Shown: piece after piece, positions 42,535 to 56,675 of the stretch
Layout of the letters: every line of letters starts with the position of its first letter
Numbering within the stretch: position 1 is the stretch's first letter
Assembly (NCBI RefSeq): GCF_009914755.1
Contig: NC_060948.1
DNA from: the human T2T-CHM13v2.0 reference genome, Homo sapiens
Direction: 5' to 3' (one strand)
DNA length: 64,000 nucleotides
Notes under the pieces: model-generated
The model's database searches: none
What the model was told of the DNA's origin: nothing
What the model saw: the letters and a program-made list of their open reading frames with translations, nothing else
Made by a program: the position numbers and the translations under genes

Positions 42535-45500
42535 GGAATGTAGTGTAATGGACAGGCCTGGAATAAAGTGGAATGCTACGGTCTCGAATGGAATAAAAAT
42601 GTATGGAATGGAATGCAATGAAACGGAATCGAATGTCATAGAATGTAATGGAATGCAAAAAAATGGAATCCAAAATCATTGACTGGAAAGGCTGGGTGTC
42701 GAAAGGAATTGACTCCAATGGAATGGAATCGAATGGAATGGAAGTGAATAGAATGGAACTAAATCGAATGGAATGGAATTCATAGGAACGGAATGGAAAG
42801 GAATGCAATGATTTGGCATGGAATGGAATCGAATGGCATCGAATGGAATGGAATGGAATGCAATGGAATGGAATGTATTAGAATGTAATGAACTTTAATG
42901 GAATGTACTCGAATGGATTCGACTGGAATGGAATGTTCTCGAAGTGAATGGACTCCAATGGAATGGATTCGAAAGGAATGGAATCTAATGGAATGGAATT
43001 AAATGGAAATGAATCAAATTGAATAGAACGGAATTGAATTGAATGGAATCGAATGCAATGGAATCTAATGAAACGGAAAGGAAAGGAATGGAATGGATTG
43101 GAATGGAATGGGCTGGAATGGAATGGAATCGAAACGAATGGAATGGAATCGAACTGAAGAGACTGGAATGGAATGCACTGGAATGGAAGGGAATGTAATG
43201 GAAGGTTCTCGAAAAAAATGGAATCGAAAGGAATGGAATTGAATGGAACGGAATAGAGTCGAATGGAATTCAATGGAATGGAATGGACTAGAGTGAAATG
43301 GAATCGAACCACAAGGAATGGACAGGAATAGAATGGTCTCGAATTGAATGGAATCGTATGGAATGGCATCAATCGGAATGGAATGGACAGCCACGGAATG
43401 GAATGGACACCCACGGAATGGAATGCACTCGAATGCAATGGAGTCGACACTAATGGACTGGAATAGAATGGACTCGACTGATACGGACTCCAATGGAATG
43501 GAATCGAATGGAAGGGAATCGAACGGAATGGACTCGAAGGAAAAAGACTGCAATGGAAAGGTCTCCAATGGAATGGAAATTAATGGAATGGAATGGAATC
43601 GAATGAAATGGAGTCAAAAGGAATGGAATCGAATGGCAAGAAATCGAATGTAATGGAATCGCAAGGAATTGATGTGAACGGAACGGAATGGAATGGAATC
43701 CAAAGGAATGGAATAGAATGGAATGGAATCGAATGGAAAGGACTCGAATGGACATCACTCGAATAGAATGCAATTTAATAAAATAGGATCAAATGTAATG
43801 GAATGGAATGGAAAGGAATCGAAACGAAAGGAATGGAGACAGATGGAATGGAATGGAACAGAGAGCAATGGTATAGAATGGAATGGAATCATCTGGAATG
43901 GAATTGAATGGAATGGAATAATATGAAATGGAAAGGAATGGAATGGAATGCCCTTGAATTAAATGGACTGGAATGCAATGGACTCGAACAGAGTGGAATG
44001 GAAAGTGTTGAAATAGAATGGAATGGACTCGTTTGGAATGGTCTAGTATGCAATGCAATCGACTGGCAGGGAATCAAAAGGAATGTAATCGAATGGATTG
44101 GACTGGAATGCAATGGACTCGAATAGATTGGAAACGGAAAGCAAAGGAATGGAATGGAATAGTATGGAATGGAATGGAAAGGAATGGAGTGGAATAGACT
44201 AGAGTGGAATGGAATGGACTCGAAAGCAATGGACTGGAATGGAACTTTCTTGAATGGACTGGAATCAAACGGAATGGAATGCAATGCAATCAAATGGCAT
44301 GGAATAAAATAGAATGAAAGAGAATGAAATGGAATTGAATCGAATGGAATCGAATGGATTGGAAAGGAATAGAATGGAATGGAATGGAATTGACTCAAAT
44401 GGAATGGACTAGAATGGAATGGATTCGAATGGAAGGCAAAGGAATGGAATCTATTGGAATGGACTGTAATGGAATGGAATGGAAGGGATTGGAATGGACT
44501 CGAATGGAATGGACTGCAATAGAAAGGATTCGAATGGAATGAAAAAGAATTGAATGGAATAGAACAGAACGGAATCAAATCGAATGAAATGGAATGGAAT
44601 AGAAAGGAATGGAATGAAATGGAATGGAAAGGATTCGAATGGAATGCAATCGAATGGAATGCAATCGAATGGAATGGAATCGAAAGGAATGGAATAAAAT
44701 GGAAGAAAACTGGCAAGAAATGGAGTCGAAATGAATGGAGTGTTATGGAACCGACTCAAAAGGAATTGAATGTAATAGAATGGAGTGGAGTGGACTCGAA
44801 TATAATGGACTGGAATGGAATGAAATCACATGGAATGGGAACGAATGGAATGGAATGGAAAGGAATGGAATAGAATGGAAAGGAATCGAATGGAAGGGAA
44901 TGAAATTGAATCAACAGGAATGGAAGGGAGTAGAATAGATGGTAATGGAATGGACTCGAATAGAATGGACACGAATGCTCAAATTGAATGGACTCGAATG
45001 GAATGGAAACGAAAGGAATGTCATCGAATGGAATTGAATCGATTGGAATGAAATCACATAGAATGGAGTGGAATCAAATGGAATTGAATCGAAAGGAAAG
45101 GAAGCGAATGGACTGAAATGAAATGGAATGGAATTGAATGGAAATTAATGCAATGGAATAGAATGGAACGAAATTTCACGGAATGGAATCAAACTGAATG
45201 GAATCAAATCAATGGAATCAAATCAAATGGAATGGAAAGGAATTGAATGGAGTAGATTGGATTGGATGGGATTGGAATGAAATGTACTGGAAAGGACTTG
45301 AATTTCATGAAACGGAATGGAATGAATTGGAACGGAATGGACTCGAATGGAATGGAATGTCATGGAATGGCATCAAATGGAATGGAATCGAATGCGATGG
45401 AATGCTATGGAATGGAATGGAATGCATTGGAATGGAATGTCCTCTAATGGAATGTATTCGAGTGGAATGGAATCGAATATAATGGAGTCTAATGAAATGG

Positions 45501-46088
45501 AATTGAAAGGAATGGGACCGAATACAATGGAATATACTGGAATGTAATGTAATGAACTCGAATGTAATTGACTGGAATGGAATGTACATGAATGGAATGT
45601 AATCGAATGGAAAGCAATCCAATGGAATAGAATCTAATGCAATAAAATCGACTCAAATAGAGTAGAATGTAATGGAATGGAGTGCAGTGCAATGGAATGG
45701 AATGGAATGGAATGCAATGGAATGGAATGGAATGGAATGGAATGGGATGGAATGGTATGGAATGGATAGTAATGGACTGGAGTGAAATGGACTGGAAAAG
45801 AATGGACTCAAATTGAAAGGGCTCGAAAGGAATGGAGTCAAATGGAATGGTCTGGAATGGAATGAACACGAATGTAATGCAATCCAATGGAATGGAATCG
45901 AATGGCATGGAATATAAAGAAATGGAATCGAAGAGAATGGAAACAAATGGAATGGAATTGAATGGAATGGAATTGAATGGAATGGGAACGAATGGAGTGA
46001 AATTGTATGCAGTAGAAGAGAATAGAATTGAATGCAAGCGAAAGGAAAGGAATGGATTGGAATGGAATGGAATTCATTGGAATGGAAG
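42535..46088 (+). repeat. Unit 13 (3554 bp), subtype A sharing private variants with unit 11
   Basis: GGAATTCATAGG, CATCAATCGG, ACTGATACGG, GGACATCACTC. Confidence 0.85.
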
Positions 46089-49000
46089 GGAATGTAGTGT
46101 AATGGACAGGCCTGGAATAAAGTGGAATGCTACGGTCTCGAATGGAATAAAAATGTATGGAATGGAATGCAATGAAACGGAATCGAATGTCATAGAATGT
46201 AATGGAATGCAAAAAAAATGGACTCCAAAATCATTGACTGGAAAGGCTGGGTGTCGAAAGGAATTGACTCCAATGGAATGGAAGTGAATAGAATCGAACT
46301 AAATCGAATGGAATGGAATTGATAGGAACGGAATGGAAAGGAATGCAATGATTTGGCATGGAATGGAATCGAATGGCATCGAATGGAATGGAATGGAATG
46401 CAATGGAATGGAATGTATTAGAATGTAATGAACTTTAATGGAATGTACTCGAATGGATTCGACTGGAATGGAATGTTCTCGAAGTGAATGGACTCCAATG
46501 GAATGGATTCGAAAGGAATGGAATCTAATGGAATGGAATTAAATGGAAATGAATCAAATTGAATAGAACGGAATTGAATTGAATGGAATCGAATGCAATG
46601 GAATCTAATGAAACGGAAAGGAAAGGAATGGAATGGATTGGAATGGAATGGGCTGGAATGGAATGGAATCGAAACGAATGGAATGGAATCGAACTGAAGA
46701 GACTGGAATGGAATGCACTGGAATGGAAGGGAATGTAATGGAAGGTTCTCGAAAAAAATGGAATCGAAAGGAATGGAATTGAATGGAACGGAATAGATTC
46801 GAATGGAATTCAATGGAATGGAATGGACTAGAGTGAAATGGAATCGAACCACAAGGAATGGACAGGAATAGAATGGTCTCGAATTGAATGGAATCGTATG
46901 GAATGGCATCAAACGGAATGGAATGGACAGCCACGGAATGGAATGGACACCCACGGAATGGAATGCACTCGAATGCAATGGAGTCGACACTAATGGACTG
47001 GAATAGAATGGACTCGACTGGTACGGACTCCAATGGAATGGAATCGAATGGAAGGGAATGGAACGGAATGGACTCGAAGGGAAAAGACTGCAATGGAAAG
47101 GTCTCGAATGGAATGGAAATTAATGGAATGGAATGGAATCGAATGAAATGGAGTCAAAAGGAATGGAATCGAATGGCAAGAAATCGAATGTAATGGAATC
47201 GCAAGGAATTGATGTGAACGGAGCGGAATGGAATGGAATCCAAAGGAATGGAATAGAATGGAATGGAATCGAATGGAAAGGACTCGAATGGAAATCACTC
47301 GAATAGAATGCAATTTAATAAAATAGGATCAAATGTAATGGAATGGAATGGAAAGGAATCGAAACGAAAGGAATGGAGACAGATGGAATGGAATGGAACA
47401 GAGAGCAATGGTATAGAATGGAATGGAATCATCTGGAATGGAATTGAATGGAATGGAATAATATGAAATGGAATGGAATGGAATGGAATGCCCTTGAATT
47501 AAATGGACTGGAATGGAATGGACTCGAACAGAGTGGAATGGAAAGTGTTGAAATAGAATGGAATGGACTCGTTTGGAATGGTCTAGTATGCAATGCAATA
47601 GACTGGCAGGGAATCAAAAGGAATGTAATCGAATGGATTGGACTGGAATGCAATGGACTCGAATAGATTGGAAACGGAAAGCAAAGGAATGGAATGGAAT
47701 AGTATGGAATGGAATGGAAAGGAATGGAGTGGAATAGACTAGAGTGGAATGGAATGGACTCGAAAGCAATGGACTGGAATGGAACTTTCTTGAATGGACT
47801 GGAATCAAACGGAATGGAATGCAATGCAATCAAATGGCATGGAATAAAATAGAATGAAAGAGAATCAAATGGAATTGAATCGAATGGAATCGAATGGATT
47901 GGAAAGGAATAGAATGGAATGGAATGGAATTGACTCAAATGGAATGGACTAGAATGGAATGGATTCGAATGGAAGGCAAAGGAATGGAATCTATTGGAAT
48001 GGACTGTAATGGAATGGAATGGAAGGGATTGGAATGGACTCGAATGGAATGGACTGCCATAGAAAGGATTCGAATGGAATGAAAAAGAATTGAATGGAAT
48101 AGAACAGAATGGAATCAAATCGAATGAAATGGAATGGAATAGAAAGGAATGGAATGAAATGGAATGGAAAGGATTCGAATGGAATGCAATCGAATGGAAT
48201 GCAATCGAACAGAATGGAATAAAATGGAAGAAAACTGGCAAGAAATGGAGTCGAAATGAATGGAGTGTTATGGAGCCGACTCAAAAGGAATTGAATGTAA
48301 TAGAATGGAGTGGAGTGGACTCGAATATAATGGACTGGAATGGAATGAAATCACATGGAATGGGAACGAATGGAATGGAATGGAAAGGAATGGAATAGAA
48401 TGGAAAGGAATCGAATGGATGGGAATGAAATTGAATCAACAGGAATGGAAGGGAGTAGAATAGACGGTAATGGAATGGACTCGAATAGAATGGACACGAA
48501 TGCTCAAATTGAATGGACTCGAATGGAATGCAAACGAAAGGAATGTCATCGAATGGAATTGAATCGATTGGAATGAAATCACATAGAATGGAGTGGAATC
48601 AAATGGAATTGAATCGAAAGGAAAGGAAGCGAATGGACTGAAATGAAATGGAATGGAATTGAATGGAAATTAATGCAATGGAATAGAATGGAACGAAATT
48701 TCACGGAATGGAATCAAACTGAATGGAATCAAATCAATGGAATCAAATCAAATGGAATGGAAAGGAATTGAATGGAGTAGATTGGATTGGATGGGATTGG
48801 AATGAAATGTACTGGAAAGGACTCGAATTTCATGAAACGGAATGGAATGAATTAGAACGGAATGGACTCGAATGGAATGGAATGTCATGGAATGGCATCA
48901 AATGGAATGGAATCGAATGCGATGGAATGCTATGGAATGGAATGGAATGCATTGGAATGGAATGTCCTCTATAGGAATGTATTCGAGTGGAATGGAATCG

Positions 49001-49613
49001 AATATAATGGAGTCTAATGAATTGGAATTGAAAGGAATAGGACCGAATACAATGGAATATACTGGAATGTAATGTAATGAACTCGAATGTAATTGACTGG
49101 AATGGAATGTACATGAATGGAATGTAATCGAATGGAAAGCAATCCAATGGAATAGAATCTAATGCAATAAAATCGACTCAAATAGAGTAGAATGTAATGG
49201 AATGGAGTGCAGTGCAATGGAATGGAATGGAATGGAATGCAATGGAATGGAATGGAATGGAATGGAATGGGATGGAATGGTATGGAATGGATAGTAATGG
49301 ACTGGAGTGAAATGGACTGGAAAAGAATGGACTCAAATTGAAAGGGCTCGAAAGGAATGGAGTCAAATGGAATGGTCTGGAATGGAATGAACACGAATGT
49401 AATGCAATCCAATGGAATGGAATCGAATGGCATGGAATATAAAGAAATGGAATCGAAGAGAATGGAAACAAATGGAATGGAATTGAATGGAATGGAATTG
49501 AATGGAATGGGAACGAATGGAGTGAAATTGTATGCACTAGAAGAGAATAGAATGGAATGCAAGCGAAAGGAAAGGAATGGATTGGAATGGAATGGAATTC
49601 ATTGGAATGGAAG
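46089..49613 (+). repeat. Unit 14 (3525 bp), subtype A
   Basis: A markers; A8 instead of A7 at 46211-46218; 15 bp deletion ~46275. Confidence 0.85.
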
Positions 49614-52600
49614 GGAATGTAGTGTAATGGACAGGCCTGGAATAAAGTGGAATGCTACGGTCTCGAATGGAATAAAAATATATGGAATGGAATGCAATGA
49701 AACGGAATCGAATGTCATAGAATGTAATGGAATGCAAAAAAATGGACTCCAAAATCATTGACTGGAAAGGCTGGGTGTCGAAAGGAATTGACTCCAATGG
49801 AATGGAATCGAATGGAATGGAAGTGAATAGAATGGAACTAAATCGAATGGAATGGAATTGATAGGAACGGAATGGAAAGGAATGCAATGATTTGGCATGG
49901 AATGGAATCGAATGGCATCGAATGGAATGGAATGGAATGCAATGGAATGGAATGTATTAGAAAGTAATGAACTTAATGGAATGTACTCGAATGGATTCGA
50001 CTGGAATGGAATGTTCTGGAAGTGAATGGACTCCAATGGAATGGATTCGAAAGGAATGGAATCTAATGGAATGGAATTAAATGGAAATGAATCAAATTGA
50101 ATAGAACGGAATTGAATTGAATGGAATCGAATGCAATGGAATCTAATGAAACGGAAAGGAAAGGAATGGAATGGATTGGAATGGAATGGGCTGGAATGGA
50201 ATGGAATCGAAACGAATGGAATGGAATCGAACTGAAGAGACTGGAATGGAATGCACTGGAATGGAAGGGAATGTAATGGAAGGTTCTCGAAAAAAATGGA
50301 ATCGAAAGGAATGGAATTGAATGGAACGGAATAGAGTCGAATGGAATTCAATGGAATGGAATGGACTAGAGTGAAATGGAATCGAACCACAAGGAATGGA
50401 CAGGAATAGAATGGTCTCGAATTGAATGGAATCGTATGGAATGGCATCAAACGGAATGGAATGGACAGCCACGGAATGGAATGGACAGCCACGGAATGGA
50501 ATGCACTCGAATGCAATGGAGTCGACACTAATGGACTGGAATAGAATGGACTCGACTGGTACGGACTCCAATGGAATGGAATCGAATGGAAGGGAATCGA
50601 ACGGAATGGACTCGAAGGGAAAAGACTGCAATGGAAAGGTCTCGAATGGAATGGAAATTAATGGAATGGAATGGAATCGAATGAAATGGAGTCAAAAGGA
50701 ATGGAATCGAATGGCAAGAAATCGAATGTAATGGAATCGCAAGGAATGGATGTGAACGGAACGGAATGGAATGGAATCCAAAGGAATGGAATAGAATGGA
50801 ATGGAATCGAATGGAAAGGACTCGAATGGAAATCACTCGAATAGAATGCAATTTAATAAAATAGGATCAAATGTAATGGAATGGAATGGAAAGGAATCGA
50901 AACGAAAGGAATGGAGACAGATGGAATGGAATGGAACAGAGAGCAATGGTATAGAATGGAATGGAATCATCTGGAATGGAATTGAATGGAATGGAATAAT
51001 ATGAAATGGAATGGAATGGAATGGAATGCCCTTGAATTAAATGGACTGGAATGGAATGGACTCGAACAGAGTGGAATGGAAAGTGTTGAAATAGAATGGA
51101 ATGGACTCGTTTGGAATGGTCTAGTATGCAATGCAATAGACTGGCAGGGAATCAAAAGGAATGTAATCGAATGGATTGGACTGGAATGCAATGGACTCGA
51201 ATAGATTGGAAACGGAAAGCAAAGGAATGGAATGGAATAGTATGGAATGGAATGGAAAGGAATGGAGTGGAATAGACTAGAGTGGAATGGAATGGACTCG
51301 AAAGCAATGGACTGGAATGGAACTTTCTTGAATGGACTGGAATCAAACGGAATGGAATGCAATGCAATCAAATGGCATGGAATAAAATAGAATGAAAGAG
51401 AATGAAATGGAATTGAATCGAATGGAATCGAATGGATTGGAAAGGAATAGAATGGAATGGAATGGAATTGACTCAAATGGAATGGACTAGAATGGAATGG
51501 ATTCGAATGGAAGGCAAAGGAATGGAATCTATTGGAATGGACTGTAATGGAATGGAATGGAAGGGATTGGAATGGACTCGAATGGAATGGACTGCCATAG
51601 AAAGGATTCGAATGGAATGAAAAAGAATTGAATGGAATAGAACAGAATGGAATCAAATCGAATGAAATGGAATGGAATAGAAAGGAATGGAATGAAATGG
51701 AATGCAAAGGATTCGAATGGAATGTAATCGAATGGAATGCAATCGAATGGAATGGAATCGAACGGAATGGAATAAAATGGAAGAAAACTGGCAAGAAATG
51801 GAATCGAAATGAATGGAGTGTTATGGAACGGACTCAAAAGGAATTGAATGTAATAGAATGGAGTGGAGTGGACTCGAATATAATGGACTGGAATGGAATG
51901 AAATCACATGGAATGGGAACGAATGGAATGGAATGGAAAGGAATGGAATCGAATGGAAAGGAATCGAATGGAAGGGAATGAAATTGAATCAACAGGAATG
52001 GAAGGGAGTAGAATAGACGGTAATGGAATGGACTCGAATAGAATGGACACGAATGCTCAAATTGAATGGACTCGAATGGAATGGAAACGAAAGGAATGTC
52101 ATCGAATGGAATTGAATCGATTGGAATGAAATCACATAGAATGGAGTGGAATCAAATGGAATTGAATCGAAAGGAAAGGAAGCGAATGGACTGAAATGAA
52201 ATGGAATGGAATTGAATGGAAATTAATGCAATGGAATAGAATGGAACGAAATTTCACGGAATGGAATCAAACTGAATGGAATCAAATCAATGGAATATAA
52301 TCAAATGGAATGGAAAGGAATTGAATGGAGTAGATTGGATTGGATGGGATTGGAATGAAATGTACTGGAAAGGACTCGAATTTCATGAAACGGAAAGGAA
52401 TGAATTAGAACGGAATGGACTCGAATGGAATGGAATGTCATGGAATGGCATCAAATGGAATGGAATCGAATGCGATGGAATGCTATGGAATGGAATGGAA
52501 TGCATTGGAATGGAATGTCCTCTAATGGAATGTATTCGAGTGGAATGGAATCGAATATAATGGAGTCTAATGAAAGGGAATTGAAAGGAATGGGATCGAA

Positions 52601-53166
52601 TACAATGGAATATACTGGAATGTAATGTAATGAACTCGAATGTAATTGACTGGAATGGAATGTACATGAATGGAATGTAATCGAATGGAAAGCAATCCAA
52701 TGGAATAGAATCTAATGCAATAAAATCGACTCAGATAGAGTAGAATGTAATGGAATGGAGTGCAGTGCAATGGAATGGAATGGAATGGAATGCAATGGAA
52801 TGGAATGGAATGGAATGGAATGGGATGGAATGGTATGGAATGGATAGTAATGGACTGGAGTGAAATGGACTGGAAAAGAATGGACTCAAATTGAAACGTC
52901 TCGAAAGGAATGGAGTCAAATGGAATGGTCTGGAATGGAATGAACACGAATGTAATGCAATCCAATAGAATGGAATCGAATGGCATGGAATATAAAGAAA
53001 TGGAATCGAAGAGAATGGAAACAAATGGAATGGAATTGAATGGAATGGAATTGAATGGAATGGGAACGAATGGAGTGAAATTGTATGCAGTAGAAGAGAA
53101 TAGAATGGAATGCAAGCGAAAGGAAAGGAATGGATTGGAATGGAATGGAATTCATTGGAATGGAAG
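49614..53166 (+). repeat. Unit 15 (3553 bp), mostly subtype A
   Basis: Perfect ACAGCC/ACAGCC duplication ~50463-50502; 1 bp deletion ~49973; TTCTGGAAG. Confidence 0.8.
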
Positions 53167-56100
53167 GGAATGTAGTGTAATGGACAGGCCTGGAATAAAG
53201 TGGAATGCTACGGTCTCGAATGGAATAAAAATGTATGGAATGGAATGCAATGAAACGGAATCGAATGTCATAGAATGTAATGGAATGCAAAAAAATGGAC
53301 TCCAAAATCATTGACTGGAAAGGCTGGGTGTCGAAAGGAATTGACTCCAATGGAATGGAATCGAATGGAATGGAAGTGAATAGATTGGAACTAAATCGAA
53401 TGGAATGGAATTGATAGGAACGGAATGGAAAGGAATGCAATGATTTGGCATGGAATGGAATCGAATGGCATCGAATGGAATGGAATGGAATGCAATGGAA
53501 TGGAATGTATTAGAATGTAATGAACTTTAATGGAATGTACTCGAATGGATTCGACTGGAATGGAATGTTCTTGAAGTGAATGGACTCCAATTGAATGGAT
53601 TCGAAAGGAATGGAATCTAATGGAATGGAATTAAATGGAAATGAATCAAATTGAATAGAACGGAATTGAATTGAATGGAATCGAATGCAATGGAATCTAA
53701 TGAAACGGAAAGGAAAGGAATGGAATGGATTGGAATGGAATGGGCTGGAATGGAATGGAATCGAAACGAATGGAATGGAATCGAACTGAAGAGACTGGAA
53801 TGGAATGCACTGGAATGGAAGGGAATGTAATGGAAGGTTCTCGAAAAAAATGGAATCGAAAGGAATGGAATTGAATGGAACGGAATAGAGTCGAATGGAA
53901 TTCAATGGAATGGAATGGACTAGAGTGAAATGGAATCGAACCACAAGGAATGGACAGGAATAGAATGGTCTCGAATTGAATGGAATCGTATGGAATGGCA
54001 TCAAACGGAATGGAATGGACAGCCACGGAATGGAATGCACTCGAATGCAATGGAGTCGACACTAATGGACTGGAATAGAATGGACTCGACTGGTACGGAC
54101 TCCAATGGAATGGAATCGAATGGAAGGGAATCGAACGGAATGGACTCGAAGGGAAAAGACTGCAATGGAAAGGTCTCGAATGGAATGGAAATTAATGGAA
54201 TGGAATGGAATCGAATGAAATGGAGTCAAAAGGAATGGAATCGAATGGCAAGAAATCGAATGTAATGGAATCGCAAGGAATTGATGTGAACGGAATGGAA
54301 TGGAATGGAATCGAAAGGGATGGAATGGAATCGAATGGAAAGGACTCGAATGGAAATCACTCGAATAGAATGCAATTTAATAAAATAGGATCAAATGTAA
54401 TGGAATGGAATGGAAAGGAATCGAAACGAAAGGAATGGAGACAGATGGAATGGAATGGAACAGAGAGCAATGGTATAGAATGGAATGGAATCATCTGGAA
54501 TGGAATTGAATGGAATGGAATAAGATGAAATGGAATGGAATGGAATGGAATGCCCTTGAATTAAATGGACTGGAATGGAATGGACTCGAACAGAGTGGAA
54601 TGGAAAGTGTTGAAATAGAATGGAATGGACTCCTTTGGAATGGTCTAGTATGCAATGCAATCGACTGGCAGAGAATCAAGGGGAATGTAATCGAATGGAA
54701 AGGACTGGAATGCAATGGAATCGAATAGATTGGAAACGGAAAGCAAAGGAATGGAATGGAATAGTATGGAATGGAATGGAAAGGAATGGAGTGGAATAGA
54801 CTAGAGTGGAATGGAATGGACTCGAAAGCAATGGACTGGAATGGAACTTTCTTGAATGGACTGGAATCAAACGGAATGGAATGCAATGCAATCAAATGGC
54901 ATGGAATAAAATAGAATGAAAGAGAATGAAATGGAATTGAATCGAATGGAATCGAATGGATTGGAAAGGAATAGAATGGAATGGAATGGAATTGACTCAA
55001 ATGGAATGGACTAGAATGGAATGGATTCGAATGGAAGGCAAAGGAATGGAATCTATTGGAATGGACTGTAATGGAATGGAATGTAAGGGATTGGAATGGA
55101 CTCAAATGGAATGGACTGCAATAGAAAGGATTCGAATGGAATGAAAAAGAATTGAATGGAATAAAACAGAATGGAATCAAATCGAATGAAATGGAATGGA
55201 ATAGAAAGGAATGGAAAGGATTCGAATGGAATGCAATCAAATGGAATGCAATCGAATGGAATGGAATCGAACGGAATGGAATAAAATGGAAGAAAACTGG
55301 CAAGAAATGGAATCGAAATGAATGGAGTGTTATGGAACGGACTCAAAAGGAATTGAATGTAATAGAATGGAGTGGAGTGGACTCGAATATAATGGACTGG
55401 AATGGAATGAAATCACATGGAATGGGAACGAATGGAATGGAATGGAAAGGAATGGAATCGAATGGAAAGGAATCGAATGGAAGGGAATGAAATTGAATCA
55501 ACAGGAATGGAAGGGAGTAGAATAGACGGTAATGGAATGGACTCGAATAGAATGGACACGAATGCTCAAATTGAATGGACTCGAATGGAATGGAAACGAA
55601 AGGAATGTCATCGAATGGAATTGAATCGATTGGAATGAAATCACATAGAATGGAGTGGAATCAAATAGAATTGAATCGAAAGGAAAGGAAGCGAATGGAC
55701 TGAAATGAAATGGAATGGAATTGAATGGAAATTAACGCAATGGAATAGAATGGAACGAAATTTCACGGAATGGAATCAAACTGAATGGAATCAAATCAAT
55801 GGAATATAATCAAATGGAATGGAAAGGAATTGAATGGAGTAGATTGGATTGGATGGGATTGGAATGAAATGTACTGGAAAGGACTCGAATTTCATGAAAC
55901 GGAATGGAATGAATTAGAACGGAATGGACTCGAATGGAATGGAATGTCATGGAATGGCATCAAATGGAATGGAATCGAATGCAATGGAATGCTATGGAAT
56001 GGAATGGAATGCATTGGAATGGAATGTCCTCTAATGGAATGTATTCGAGTGGAATGGAATCGAATATAATGGAGTCTAATGAAAGGGAATTGAAAGGAAT

Positions 56101-56675
56101 GGGACCGAATACAATGGAATATACTGGAATGTAATGTAATGAACTCGAATGTAATTGACTGGAATGGAATGTACATGAATGGAATGTAATCGAATGGAAA
56201 GCAATCCAATGGAATAGAATCTAATGCAATAAAATCGACTCAAATAGAGTAGAATGTAATGGAATGGAGTGCAGTGCAATGGAATGGAATGGAATGGAAT
56301 GCAATGGAATGGAATGGAATGGAATGGAATGGGATGGAATGGTATGGAATGGATAGTAATGGACTGGAGTGAAATGGACTGGAAAAGAATGGACTCAAAT
56401 TGAAAGGTCTCGAAGGGAATGGAGTCAAATGGAATGGTCTGGAATGGAATGAACACGAATGTAATGCAATCCAATAGAATGGAATCGAATGGCATGGAAT
56501 ATAAAGAAATGGAATCGAAGAGAATGGAAACAAATGGAATGGAATTGAATGGAATGGAATTGAATGGAATGGGAACGAATGGAGTGAAATTGTATGCAGT
56601 AGAAGAGAATAGAATGGAATGCAAGCGAAAGGAAAGGAATGGATTGGAATGGAATGGAATTCATTGGAATGGAAG
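53167..56675 (+). repeat. Unit 16 (3509 bp), A-derived, shortest unit
   Basis: Relative to unit 4 it has -20, -10 and -15 bp indels (3554-45=3509); TTCTTGAAG, CCAATTGAAT. Confidence 0.85.
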
